A stretch of DNA of 24,000 nt from an uncultured Gammaproteobacteria bacterium (GCA_964648205.1 CAZYNT010000010.1:1-24000), one strand, 5' to 3'; shown: positions 1-8,385, numbered from the stretch's first letter. Made by a program: numbers and translations. Notes: generated from the letters alone by a model not told the origin.

Positions 1-105
1 ACGCCAAATGAAGTCTTTAATGGTCAAAGTGTTGCGTTAAAATGTTGAATGTAGCAAAAGAATGCCGCAATATTTTTTAAATAACCGCTTACTTATTACT
101 TAGAA

Positions 106-2637
106 CTACTTAGAAAAAAACATTTCATCATCGTCTTCAAAAGGCCTGGAGTTAATACTCGGCTTCTCTTTCTTGGCCGGCCTGGAATCTTCCGGCTCAG
201 GCACCGGCCGATCTTTGGTTATTTCTTCGATAATTTCATCTTCGTCTTCAATAACTTCCTCTTCTTGTTCAGGAGTTAATGATAATTCTTCTTTTATTTC
301 TTCTTCCGTTCCCTCTTCTGTTCCCTCTTCATCATTTTTAAAAACTAAAGCATCATCATCGCCTTCTTCATCTCCCAAATAATTATCCGGAACGCTGGCC
401 GCTTTTCTATCGTGCACCGGTATACCGCTCACCGCTTCAGTCGTCGCTTCATACTCTTCTTGAGAAACCAGGACTTCGCGCGGCTTAGCACCGTTAGAAG
501 GCCCGATAATCTGCGCTTCCTCGAGCATATCTAAAATTTTGGCGGCCCGGCCATAACCGATTGACAGCCGGCGCTGCAGCATCGAAGTCGAAGCTTTGTT
601 CGCCTTGATGATAATTTCCTTGGCTGCTTCGAATAATTCATCTTCATCGCCGTGATTACCGTCAAGCCCGACGCCGGCATTGCCGCCGACTTTTTGGCGG
701 TCGGTCACTCCCTCCAAATATTCAGCCGGACCGCTCTTATCCTTAATATAATTGACGACATCATTAATTTCACTATCGCTTAAATATGCTCCCTGGATTC
801 TTTTCGGCTTGGCGAATTCGGCGGTCATAAATAACATATCACCTTGGCCCAAAAGCTTTTCGGCTCCCGAAGAATCTAAAATCGTCTTGGAATCGACCAG
901 CGAGGCGACAGAAAAAGCGATGCGGGTCGGCACGTTCGCCTTGATTAAACCGGTAATGACATCGACGCTCGGCCGTTGCGTCGCTAAAATCAAATGGATG
1001 CCAATAGCGCGGGACATCTGCGCCAAACGAATAATCGCCGCTTCCATATCCTTGCCGCTGGTCATCATAAAATCGGCCAGCTCATCGATAATAAAAACAA
1101 TATAAGGCAATTTTTCTTTAGCCGTTGGATTATAAGATTGGATATTGCGCTTCCCTGCTTTGTTTAAAATGTCATAGCGGCGCTCCATCTCGTTCAAACA
1201 CCACTTGAGGGCGTTAATGGTCTTGTTAACATCAGTGATGACCGGAGTTAATAAATGAGGAATGCCGTTATAAGTCGGGAGTTCAACTCTTTTCGGATCA
1301 ACCATAATAAAGCGCAAATCTTCGGGATTGTTCTGATACAATAAACTGACGATAATCGCGTTCAAACAGACAGACTTGCCGGAGTTGGTCGCTCCCGCTA
1401 CCAGCAAATGGGGCATGCGTGTCAAATCATAGAGCCAAGCCGTGCCAGCCACATCTTTACCCAGCGCGACGAACAGATTATTTTTACGATCTTTGAACGC
1501 CTGGTCTTCTAATATTTCCCTGAGGCCGACAATCGCTTTCGCACGGTTAGGAACTTCGACGCCGACCAGAGATTTCCCCGGAATGGGCGCTTCGATTCTT
1601 ATCGGATGAGCCGCCAAAGAAAGCGACAGGTCGTTATTTAAAGTGGTAATGCGCGACAGCTTAACTCCCTCGGCGGGACGAAATGTATATTGGGTTACCG
1701 TTGGGCCGACTTTAGTTTCGCCCATTTCCACTTCAATTCCGAACTTCTCCAAAGTTTTCTGAATTTTCATGGCATTAGCTTCTGTGTCGCCACCAATCGC
1801 CTTAGAAAATTTATTATTCAAAAGCTCCAGAGGCAAATCTATCTTGATGGAACGCTTGGGCCAGGTTATTTTTTCTTGGACTTTCGGCCTGTCTTTCTGC
1901 GCCTGAACTTTGCTGGGCGCTAAAACTTCGCTCTCTTCGTCTTCTTTTACATCGCTTGGATCGGGTTTAACTTCTTTTTGCTGCCAGCTGTTTAAAATTT
2001 CATCGCGGGCCTCGGCGATAAATTTCTTGCCCTCGCTGTCTTCCAATCCGCTGCTTGAAAATAAATTTTTAAAGAATAAGGCGAAGGGCCGGAATATCTT
2101 GGCGAAAAAACTTTCTCGGCCGATTATGCGGGAAAGTGAAGTATTAAATACCAAAACCAAGGAAATCAAAAAGAGGGCGATTAAAACTAAAACGCCCCCC
2201 CAAAAACCAAAAATATAAAAAAATAATTCGCTCAAATACAGGCCGACATACCCACCCCCGATGCCGAGCTTAACCGTCGCTTCCCAATTAGACTGATTGA
2301 TGAAAAAATGAAACAGAGTTTGATAAGAAACAAAAAGAAGGCCCAATCCTAAATAATCGCTAAATTTCAAGGGATTTTTTGTTTTTCTAATTAAAAGCAA
2401 AGCCCAATACAAAAAAATCAACGGGACCAGCCATTTGCCGAAGCCGAATATCAGCGTGAGCCATTTTGATAAGAATTCGCCAAAATGCCCGGAAAGGTTG
2501 AACAAGCCGAGCAAACTAACCAGGCCCAAAACAATCAGGCCGACAATAATAATGCTACGTTTGGCGCGTTCGTCGAGATTAAACTCCGGCAGAGCGACAT
2601 AATCCATCGGATTGGTAGATTTTTTCTTGCGGGACAT
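106..2637 (-). CDS. ftsK: DNA translocase, FtsK/SpoIIIE family
   Basis: Track ORF 106..2685. It has N-terminal multi-pass hydrophobic segments, Walker A GATNSGKS and Walker B-like FIIDELADFMM. The gamma winged-helix SMLQRRLSIGYGRAAKILDMLE is present. Start trimmed to the ATG at 2637 (MSRKKKS) because the 16 upstream codons look non-native. An unusual ~130-aa acidic tail follows the gamma domain. Confidence 0.9.
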   Translation of the reverse strand: MSRKKKSTNPMDYVALPEFNLDERAKRSIIIVGLIVLGLVSLLGLFNLSGHFGEFLSKWLTLIFGFGKWLVPLIFLYWALLLIRKTKNPLKFSDYLGLGLLFVSYQTLFHFFINQSNWEATVKLGIGGGYVGLYLSELFFYIFGFWGGVLVLIALFLISLVLVFNTSLSRIIGRESFFAKIFRPFALFFKNLFSSSGLEDSEGKKFIAEARDEILNSWQQKEVKPDPSDVKEDEESEVLAPSKVQAQKDRPKVQEKITWPKRSIKIDLPLELLNNKFSKAIGGDTEANAMKIQKTLEKFGIEVEMGETKVGPTVTQYTFRPAEGVKLSRITTLNNDLSLSLAAHPIRIEAPIPGKSLVGVEVPNRAKAIVGLREILEDQAFKDRKNNLFVALGKDVAGTAWLYDLTRMPHLLVAGATNSGKSVCLNAIIVSLLYQNNPEDLRFIMVDPKRVELPTYNGIPHLLTPVITDVNKTINALKWCLNEMERRYDILNKAGKRNIQSYNPTAKEKLPYIVFIIDELADFMMTSGKDMEAAIIRLAQMSRAIGIHLILATQRPSVDVITGLIKANVPTRIAFSVASLVDSKTILDSSGAEKLLGQGDMLFMTAEFAKPKRIQGAYLSDSEINDVVNYIKDKSGPAEYLEGVTDRQKVGGNAGVGLDGNHGDEDELFEAAKEIIIKANKASTSMLQRRLSIGYGRAAKILDMLEEAQIIGPSNGAKPREVLVSQEEYEATTEAVSGIPVHDRKAASVPDNYLGDEEGDDDALVFKNDEEGTEEGTEEEIKEELSLTPEQEEEVIEDEDEIIEEITKDRPVPEPEDSRPAKKEKPSINSRPFEDDDEMFFSK

Positions 2638-2700
2638 ATAAATTAAATAAAAAATGCTAACTTTTACATTTTTATTATACCACACCGCGAATCTAAAGCC

Positions 2701-3741
2701 CTAATTGATTTCAATATCTATAAAAACCGCTTCGGGCACCCGGGTGCGTATTCTTTTTTCAATTTCGTCTATTTTCTTGCCGACTAAACGCGGCACTCTA
2801 TCTATATAGTCCACCGAAAACTTCATAAAATTCTCATAACTCTCTTTAACCTCTTCATATTCATTTTCCAGGAAATGGTGCTGGTTCAGTTCTTTCATGA
2901 GGGCCGAGGCATTAAATTCCACGTCGCACTTGATCAAATATTTATCAACGTCCAGAATAGCCGATTTGAAATCAAGTACCTTCTCAATGGTCGGATCACT
3001 GTTAAATATCTCCAAAACGATTTTTTCGATGTCGGCCGGGATGGCCTTGGTAATCAAGTAGTTCCGATTTTTGGCAATAAGGACAATCGCCATGGCGCCC
3101 AAAAGCAACCCTATCAAGATGGAAGCACCGGCGTCCCAATAATATTGGCCGGTAATATAGGTCAGGACAATACTTATAAAGGCGATGATAATTCCCAAAA
3201 CCGCCAAACTATCTTCATATATTACGGCCAGGGTCGCCGGGTCGGCATTAGCTAAAGCCGAGCTTAACTTGGCTTTGGGCTGGCGGAGCAGATGGCCGCG
3301 CAATTCCCGAACCGCTATTAGAAGAGTGGCCGATTCGATTATAAAGGCGATGGCCAGGATAACAAGAGCCCAAGGATTGAAATGGATTGCTGTCTGATGC
3401 CAGAAGGAGGCAACGCCGTGATAGACGGTTGCGCCGCAGCCGACAAAAAAAATGCCGCAGGCGGAAATGAGCGCCCAGATGAAGCGTTCCTTGCCGTAGC
3501 CGTAATTGAATTCTTTGTCCGGTTTCTTAACCGATTGGCGGACGCCGATAACGAGCAGAAATTGATTGGCCGTGTCCGCCAGACTATGGATAGCTTCGGA
3601 AAACATGGCGCCGGAACCGGTAAAAGCAAAACCGACAAATTTGGCGGCGCAAACCACGGCATTGCCGCAAAAAGCGGCCAAAACTGGCCAGGAACCGGCC
3701 GGGCTGGCAGCATGGCTATGGATTGTTCTAGAAGTAGGCAT
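2701..3741 (-). CDS. Cation diffusion facilitator (CDF) family divalent-metal efflux transporter
   Basis: 346-aa ORF with about six hydrophobic helices. It has the CDF-type metal-site motif FSEAIHSLADTANQ in an early TM helix, plus a C-terminal cytoplasmic domain. The GC-rich TM-encoding 5' half explains the overlapping spurious ORFs in other frames. Confidence 0.85.
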   Translation of the reverse strand: MPTSRTIHSHAASPAGSWPVLAAFCGNAVVCAAKFVGFAFTGSGAMFSEAIHSLADTANQFLLVIGVRQSVKKPDKEFNYGYGKERFIWALISACGIFFVGCGATVYHGVASFWHQTAIHFNPWALVILAIAFIIESATLLIAVRELRGHLLRQPKAKLSSALANADPATLAVIYEDSLAVLGIIIAFISIVLTYITGQYYWDAGASILIGLLLGAMAIVLIAKNRNYLITKAIPADIEKIVLEIFNSDPTIEKVLDFKSAILDVDKYLIKCDVEFNASALMKELNQHHFLENEYEEVKESYENFMKFSVDYIDRVPRLVGKKIDEIEKRIRTRVPEAVFIDIEIN

Positions 3742-3796
3742 ATTATAATAGAATATTATATTAATAGGATATTATATAAAAAGAGGGATGTAAATA

Positions 3797-3930
3797 AAAC
3801 CCCGCCAATAATCTGTAGAGCGCGGCCGGACGTTTTCGGCGTCCGGCGGACGAGAAGCCAATCCTTATTTAGGAGAGAGTTTTTAAATAAGAACCTTACT
3901 TCTCCGCTCTACAGGTTACTAGCGGGGTTT
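3797..3930 (-). ncRNA. Structured three-way-junction RNA element of unknown class (candidate cis-leader/attenuator of the CDF gene, or a small RNA)
   Basis: Nested helices read directly: 3797-3805/3922-3930 (9 bp), 3813-3822/3905-3914 (10 bp), side hairpin 3825-3832/3840-3847 (8 bp), 3852-3857/3899-3904 (6 bp), and apical 3864-3871/3884-3891 (8 bp, 12-nt loop). Internal loop 3858-3863/3892-3898 pairs only in minus-sense RNA (U.G, A-U, G.U, U.G). The minus-sense closing helix is followed by UUUUAUUU. The element lies ~55 nt upstream of the CDF ATG. Strand assignment is tentative. Confidence 0.45.
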
Positions 3931-3980
3931 GGTTTTTGGGCCGAGGCCCGACTTGGTTTGTTTTTTTTCTTTTCTGAAGA

Positions 3981-4040
3981 CACTATTTTATAAAATAATG
4001 TTTTCGGGAAAGAAGCGAACCGGTTGAACGACCGGTTCGC
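3981..4040 (-). terminator. Junction module A: GC hairpin with CGUUCA loop plus AU-rich hairpin, downstream of the 217-aa gene
   Basis: Minus sense reads GCGAACCGGU-CGUUCA-ACCGGUUCGC (4015-4040, 10 bp), then UUCUUUCCCGAAA. Next comes hairpin ACAUUAUUUUA/UAAAAUAGUGU (about 3981-4003), whose U.G pair would be a C.A mismatch on the plus strand. The module starts 22 nt after the stop at 4062. Confidence 0.6.
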
Positions 4041-4061
4041 CAGAAACAATTAAGTTTGCTT

Positions 4062-4715
4062 CTAAATAAAGGAAAACTGCAATCTTCTTCTATATTCTGC
4101 TACGTCTTCCCTTCTAAGCAAAAATTCTCCTAACCAATAGGTTTGGTCGTATTTAGTATTCTTACTACGACCGCCTTCCTGCCAGGCAGAATTTTTTATT
4201 CTTTCTTCAGCTTCTTCCGGAGGGATACTGTTTAGATATTCCTTTACCCTCTCTATGCTGAGTACCTTACCCCAGAAATGCACCTCGTTAGTTCTGGTCG
4301 CCAAGTCTATTATCTCTTCTGGCGACCCGGAAATTAAAGTTTTTTGGAAATCCTTTCTGCTCTGCATAATTTCTGCAAACTCATAACCCATTCCAAAAAA
4401 CCCTTTTCCGTTCCATAGATCAAAGGCCTCTTTAAAAGAAACGTCCTCCCTCGTTATATATACTTCAACGAGTTTCGATGCTATAGTGTGGCAATCACTT
4501 GTACAATAGTCAGCATCTTCCATTTTTATGAAATGGTTAATGATACTCCAGGCTTTTGTCTTATCAACGTCCAGCCTTTTCACTACCACGCTCCACACCT
4601 CTTCTTTATTTTTTTTCTTAGCGTAGTCGATGAGTTCTTCGTAATTCATCTTTTCCAGTTCTTCCTCAGAGGTACCAAATGTTCTGAGTAAAAAATCATA
4701 ATTATCTTTAGCCAT
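4062..4715 (-). CDS. Hypothetical protein (217 aa from the preferred start)
   Basis: Track ORF 4062..4745 starts at a GTG. The in-frame ATG at 4715 (MAKDNYDF) is preceded by GGGGAGAAAA, a good Shine-Dalgarno. I recognise no family motif. Confidence 0.6.
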   Translation of the reverse strand: MAKDNYDFLLRTFGTSEEELEKMNYEELIDYAKKKNKEEVWSVVVKRLDVDKTKAWSIINHFIKMEDADYCTSDCHTIASKLVEVYITREDVSFKEAFDLWNGKGFFGMGYEFAEIMQSRKDFQKTLISGSPEEIIDLATRTNEVHFWGKVLSIERVKEYLNSIPPEEAEERIKNSAWQEGGRSKNTKYDQTYWLGEFLLRREDVAEYRRRLQFSFI

Positions 4716-4771
4716 TTTTCTCCCCGCGCTTACTTTACTCGTCACGGGTTTATTTTTTTAGTTAATACTGA

Positions 4772-4847
4772 TTTTATTCCCATCTCCACTTCTCGCTCTT
4801 GGGGATTAGGGCGCCCTGTTTTATGTCGAGGGAGGACAAAAGAAGAT
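4772..4847. repeat. Conserved intergenic element, copy 1 (partner at 9157-9221)
   Basis: Plus strand ttttattcccatctccacttctcgctcttggggattagggcgccctgttttatgtcgagggaggac aligns by eye with tttttttatccatctgaatttcgctcttaggatttatagcgctcaatttcatgtcgagagaagat at roughly three quarters identity. The central palindrome is GGGCGCCC (4809-4816). Confidence 0.6.
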
Positions 4848-4848
4848 T

Positions 4849-5112
4849 TCATTTTTTTAACGCCCGACGCAGAATTTCTGCAAAATCGCTAGAAGCGCCC
4901 GAATTTTCTTCTGGGCTCTCCTCGTATTTGCTTTCTTTCTGGTTTCCAAAATGATAGTCATAAACATAATTCTTGACATCATTTGGATCGGCGCCGCAAA
5001 AGAAATCCTGACCGCCAATGGAAATCAGGTGGTCATAAACCCGGCTCCGGCCGCAAACACCGACGATGTGTTCATCAATATCGTCAGTATTAAGAGCGGC
5101 TACGCTCTTCCG
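4849..5112 (-). other. 87-codon open frame with no ATG/GTG/TTG start, in the +1 frame relative to the helicase 3' end
   Basis: Hand translation of the minus strand from 5112 gives RKSVAALNTDDIDEHIVGVCGRSRVYDHLISIGGQDFFCGADPNDVKNYVYDYHFGNQKESKYEESPEENSGASSDFAEILRRALKK, ending at a TGA stop (4849-4851). The composition looks protein-like and there is no canonical start, so it is absent from the ORF track. Confidence 0.3.
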
Positions 5113-8100
5113 CTAAGCCCGCTAATTTTTCCATCAGGTCCTTAGCCTCGGAGATAGACTCTTCAGCTCCTGGAAAGTCGGCCTGGCCGGCAGCGCTAGA
5201 GGCAGAGGAAATCAGATCACGGATCTGATTAACTTCGTCAATTACTAAATCTGCAGGAATCTCATTGAGATAATTCTGAAATGATTCCTGAAATTTAGCG
5301 ACGAGTTCAATCGTCTCCGTGTTTTTTTGTTCCAGCTCAGATTTAACCAAAGCAATTTTTTCCTCAACTGCGGCAATGGTGTCGGAGATATTCTCAACAC
5401 TCAAATTAGCAATTGCCGAATCAACTGCTTCTGAAATCTGACGCTGGGCCAATTTGCCCAAAGCGGTCCAGGACCAGTAGCGATACCAGGGATGAACCTG
5501 TCCCAAGCTAGAGCCTGAATAATAGCCAATAAACGATCGAACGGCTTTTAGTGTTTCCACCTCGGCTTCTTCCTGGTTCTTTTTTAGAACCAAGCGCACT
5601 TGATCGCCGGACACGCAGAGAGATGGATAAGCACAAAGGCTTGAACCGTCATCCTTAACGGCGACTTCGATCGGCTTCAGCTGAACTAAAAGATTTTTTA
5701 AATTTTCCTGACCTTCCAGCCAAGAAGAATTAAAGCTTCTTTCCGCCTGCGACCAAGCTTCAGTTAAGCGCTTATTTTCAAAATAAGCTTTAACTTCCAC
5801 CCAGTCACAAAAGCTGTTATTCCAATCAACGCTGAGACTGACTGAACGACCGCCGGGTAGGGTAACTGCCCCCTCGGACTCTTTGGCCATCTGCTCAGTT
5901 ATTTGAATGCTGGCCTGATTTTCTGAATAGGAAACGTGAATTTCTTCGCCGTTAACTATTATTGAATCAGGATTCTCGGCCAAAATCTTAGCTTCCTTAG
6001 CGGCATCAATAACCGGCAGAAGCAATGATTCTGTTTGAGCGTCAGCGAGACGAGCCGTGCCGTTAAGCTTCTCACGGCAGAATTCTTGCCATTCCCAATT
6101 TGAATTCGGGCACAAGAAAATCTTTTCGCCAGAGCGCTGATTAAGCTCGCGCATCCGCTTCGCCGTGGCGACGTTCTGAGCGACAAAATCATATCCGGCC
6201 AGGCTATAGCCGTAATACAATTTGTTCGCCAACCATTGGGCGAAAACTTCAGCGGCCTGAGAATGATCAGGCGTTTCCACGACTTCTTCTTTAACGAGTA
6301 TGCCGTTAAAATAAGTCTGCCGCGTTGAAACGCATGCGTCTTTCTCTGAGTTGTATTGAGGATTTACCCCCTCAACAACCTTAGAAAGCTGCGGTGCGAC
6401 TTCGACGAGCATGGTCGGATTAACGCTCGTGGCCATCGTAACCAGGTGCAGAATCATCCGGCCACGGCGAGTCTGAATCTCAATATCAAACGGAAGTCCG
6501 ATAAGCCAGTCCCCACCGAATTGAAGTTCTTCTCTCGCCTGCTTGCGGATCGTGTCGTCACCGTTTTTCCATTCGCCCCAGCTAACCGACTTATAAAGAT
6601 GGTCGATCATGCCGGAACAGATGGCGCGCATAATATCATCCCGCTTCCCGGAACTCTGCAAAGAATGAACTTTGCCTTTCAGGGAATCGGTTAATAGACG
6701 GCGGCGATCATTAGCCTGATGATAGGCCTTAACAAAAAGGCCATTCAGACGACGGTCTTCGTTCGACAGATTTTTAGCGCCGCGAAAAATTGCCAGTTGA
6801 GCGAGAACATTACTGTCTTTCTCTTCCGGACAAAACTTCCGACGGGCTAAATCATTGCCATCTTCTTCGCTCCCGTCCGGCATTTTCACCTTCCGAGAAG
6901 TGATACCGCCCTGCTCGAGAATTGCAGCGACACTAATAATGTCACCAACTACTCCGAGCTTATCGGCCTCTACGATCATGCGACCATATTGGACCGAAAT
7001 AGGAAGGCGGGCAACCTGGCGGCCGGTGGAAGTTACTTCGCCGTTTTCATCCATACAGCCGAGAGCTCTTAAAGCCCTTTTAGCCTCATGGATCTGATCG
7101 AGAGGCGGCTGATGAAAAAAGCTAAGTTCTTCCGCGTCAATTTTGGCTTCAGCCAAACGGAGAACCGTCTGGTCTAAACGGACGCGAAGAATTTCAGCCA
7201 GCGGAAAATCTAAACGACCTTCGCCCTGGGGGCAATGATCAATGTAGATTCCTTCGCGGCAACGGCCAGCCCGGCCTTTACGCTGTGCGCGGTCAGCCAT
7301 GGAAATAGCGCGCAGGTATAAACCCTCAACGCCGTCCATCAGTTCAATCCGCTTTTCTGTGCCGTCATCAACCACAGCGTCGATGTCCTCGATAGTAATC
7401 GAAGTCTGCGCAACGTTCGTAGCGATGACGCACTTGGCGCGATCGTAAGTTCTGAAAACCTTATCCTGGTCTTCGGACTCCAACTCGCCATGGAGCGGCA
7501 ATATTTCCGCCTGCAGGCCTTCGACTTTTTTCAAAGCGGCAGTCAGTTCCAAAATTTCCGCTTTGCCCGGTTTAAAAACCAGAACATTGCGGCCTTCCTG
7601 AAGAAGGGTCGTAACATCCTGGAGAACGTTCAAGCTCTGCATCCTTTCGGAATGATCAGCCTGACGTTCCTCGACCGGATAACAGCGGCCTGGAACAGAA
7701 ATCACCGGCGCCGAACTAAAAAACTCAGATAATTTTTCCGCCTCTAACGTGGCGGACATTATCACGAGCTTGAAGGCGGCACCATTCTCAATCTGGCGTT
7801 TTGACCAAGCGGCCAAAACTTCCATATTAAGATTCCACTCGTGGACCTCGTCCAGCACCAGGATATGATGCCGTCCGACGCCCATCAATTCTCGCACCAG
7901 GGCTAAGCCATCGGTGCAGAAAAGACAACGGGTGCTGGCGGAATCCTGGCGCTCGTAAGCGGTCCGGAAACCAATTTCCTGCCCGAGCTCCCCGTTCCGT
8001 TCCTGAGCGACGCGTTTGGCCACTGAACGAGCGGCTAAACGGCGCGGCTGAGTCACGACCAAGGAATATCCTTCGTCGAGTAAGAACTGCGGCACGCGGG

Positions 8101-8209
8101 TTGATTTCCCGGCGCCAGTTTCAGCGGTGATTATCGTAACCGAGCTACTTCTCACCGAATTAATAATCTGGACCCGGAAATCATCAACGGGCAATTTCTG
8201 ATTCTTCAT
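5090..8209 (-). CDS. DEAH-box (HrpA/HrpB/DHX-like, superfamily 2) helicase with a long uncharacterised C-terminal region
   Basis: Motif I GAGKST (aa 32-37), Ia TQPRRLAARS, Ib TDG, II DEVH (aa 120-123), III SAT, and VI QRKGRAGR. An HA2-like segment follows (LRLAEAKIDAEELSFFHQPP...LPISVQYGRMIV). About 400 further residues have no motif I recognise, and the extreme C-terminus is probably coiled-coil. Confidence 0.85.
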   Translation of the reverse strand: MKNQKLPVDDFRVQIINSVRSSSVTIITAETGAGKSTRVPQFLLDEGYSLVVTQPRRLAARSVAKRVAQERNGELGQEIGFRTAYERQDSASTRCLFCTDGLALVRELMGVGRHHILVLDEVHEWNLNMEVLAAWSKRQIENGAAFKLVIMSATLEAEKLSEFFSSAPVISVPGRCYPVEERQADHSERMQSLNVLQDVTTLLQEGRNVLVFKPGKAEILELTAALKKVEGLQAEILPLHGELESEDQDKVFRTYDRAKCVIATNVAQTSITIEDIDAVVDDGTEKRIELMDGVEGLYLRAISMADRAQRKGRAGRCREGIYIDHCPQGEGRLDFPLAEILRVRLDQTVLRLAEAKIDAEELSFFHQPPLDQIHEAKRALRALGCMDENGEVTSTGRQVARLPISVQYGRMIVEADKLGVVGDIISVAAILEQGGITSRKVKMPDGSEEDGNDLARRKFCPEEKDSNVLAQLAIFRGAKNLSNEDRRLNGLFVKAYHQANDRRRLLTDSLKGKVHSLQSSGKRDDIMRAICSGMIDHLYKSVSWGEWKNGDDTIRKQAREELQFGGDWLIGLPFDIEIQTRRGRMILHLVTMATSVNPTMLVEVAPQLSKVVEGVNPQYNSEKDACVSTRQTYFNGILVKEEVVETPDHSQAAEVFAQWLANKLYYGYSLAGYDFVAQNVATAKRMRELNQRSGEKIFLCPNSNWEWQEFCREKLNGTARLADAQTESLLLPVIDAAKEAKILAENPDSIIVNGEEIHVSYSENQASIQITEQMAKESEGAVTLPGGRSVSLSVDWNNSFCDWVEVKAYFENKRLTEAWSQAERSFNSSWLEGQENLKNLLVQLKPIEVAVKDDGSSLCAYPSLCVSGDQVRLVLKKNQEEAEVETLKAVRSFIGYYSGSSLGQVHPWYRYWSWTALGKLAQRQISEAVDSAIANLSVENISDTIAAVEEKIALVKSELEQKNTETIELVAKFQESFQNYLNEIPADLVIDEVNQIRDLISSASSAAGQADFPGAEESISEAKDLMEKLAGLAEERSRS

Positions 8210-8216
8210 GGTTTAC

Positions 8217-8280
8217 AATTTTTAGATTGTTATCTAAAAAACAAAAGTTGATTTGTCTCTTAAATAACAATCTAAAAATT
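8217..8280 (-). promoter_or_regulatory. Perfect 17-bp inverted repeat immediately 5' of the helicase start codon
   Basis: aatttttagattgttat (8217-8233) is the exact reverse complement of ataacaatctaaaaatt (8264-8280). The spacer is 30 nt and contains an inner ACAAA/TTTGT pair. The repeat ends 7 nt before the ATG at 8209, and no Shine-Dalgarno is visible. Confidence 0.55.
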
Positions 8281-8321
8281 AACCTTTGAAAAATTTCTAC
8301 TCGTCCAAGAATTTCTTCTCT

Positions 8322-8385
8322 GAGACCACCATTTTAAAATGATGATCTCGGAAAGAAAGACGAGCATGAACGGCTCGTCTTCTTT
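8322..8385 (-). terminator. Junction module C: GC hairpin with CGUUCAU loop plus second hairpin, downstream of the 194-aa gene
   Basis: Minus sense reads AGACGAGC-CGUUCAU-GCUCGUCU (8358-8380, flanked by a further A/U extension), then UUCUUUCC. Next comes hairpin GAGAUCAUCAUUUU/AAAAUGGUGGUCUC (8322-8349). Its two U.G pairs are C.A mismatches on the plus strand. Confidence 0.6.

Noticed and set aside
173-3993. Plus-strand and off-frame track ORFs overlapping ftsK and the CDF gene: 173..382, 752..1105, 1690..1923, 1910..2218, 2875..3255, 3185..3397, 3339..3713, 3382..3993 and 3566..3748.
   Set aside because: All are antisense or out of frame to long ORFs with clear family motifs. Their sequences are low-complexity or Ser/Arg/Ala-rich, as expected from reading real genes in the wrong frame. 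The cluster at 3185-3993 reflects the GC-rich TM-coding half of the CDF gene.
3974-4014. Plus-strand CUGAAGA followed by a hairpin and GAAAG in junction module A (possible hammerhead on the opposite strand).
   Set aside because: Seven unpaired nucleotides separate the hairpin from GAAA. The hairpin has a C.A mismatch in plus sense. No stem I/III partners or NUH site fit. Modules B and C lack the CUGANGA core altogether.
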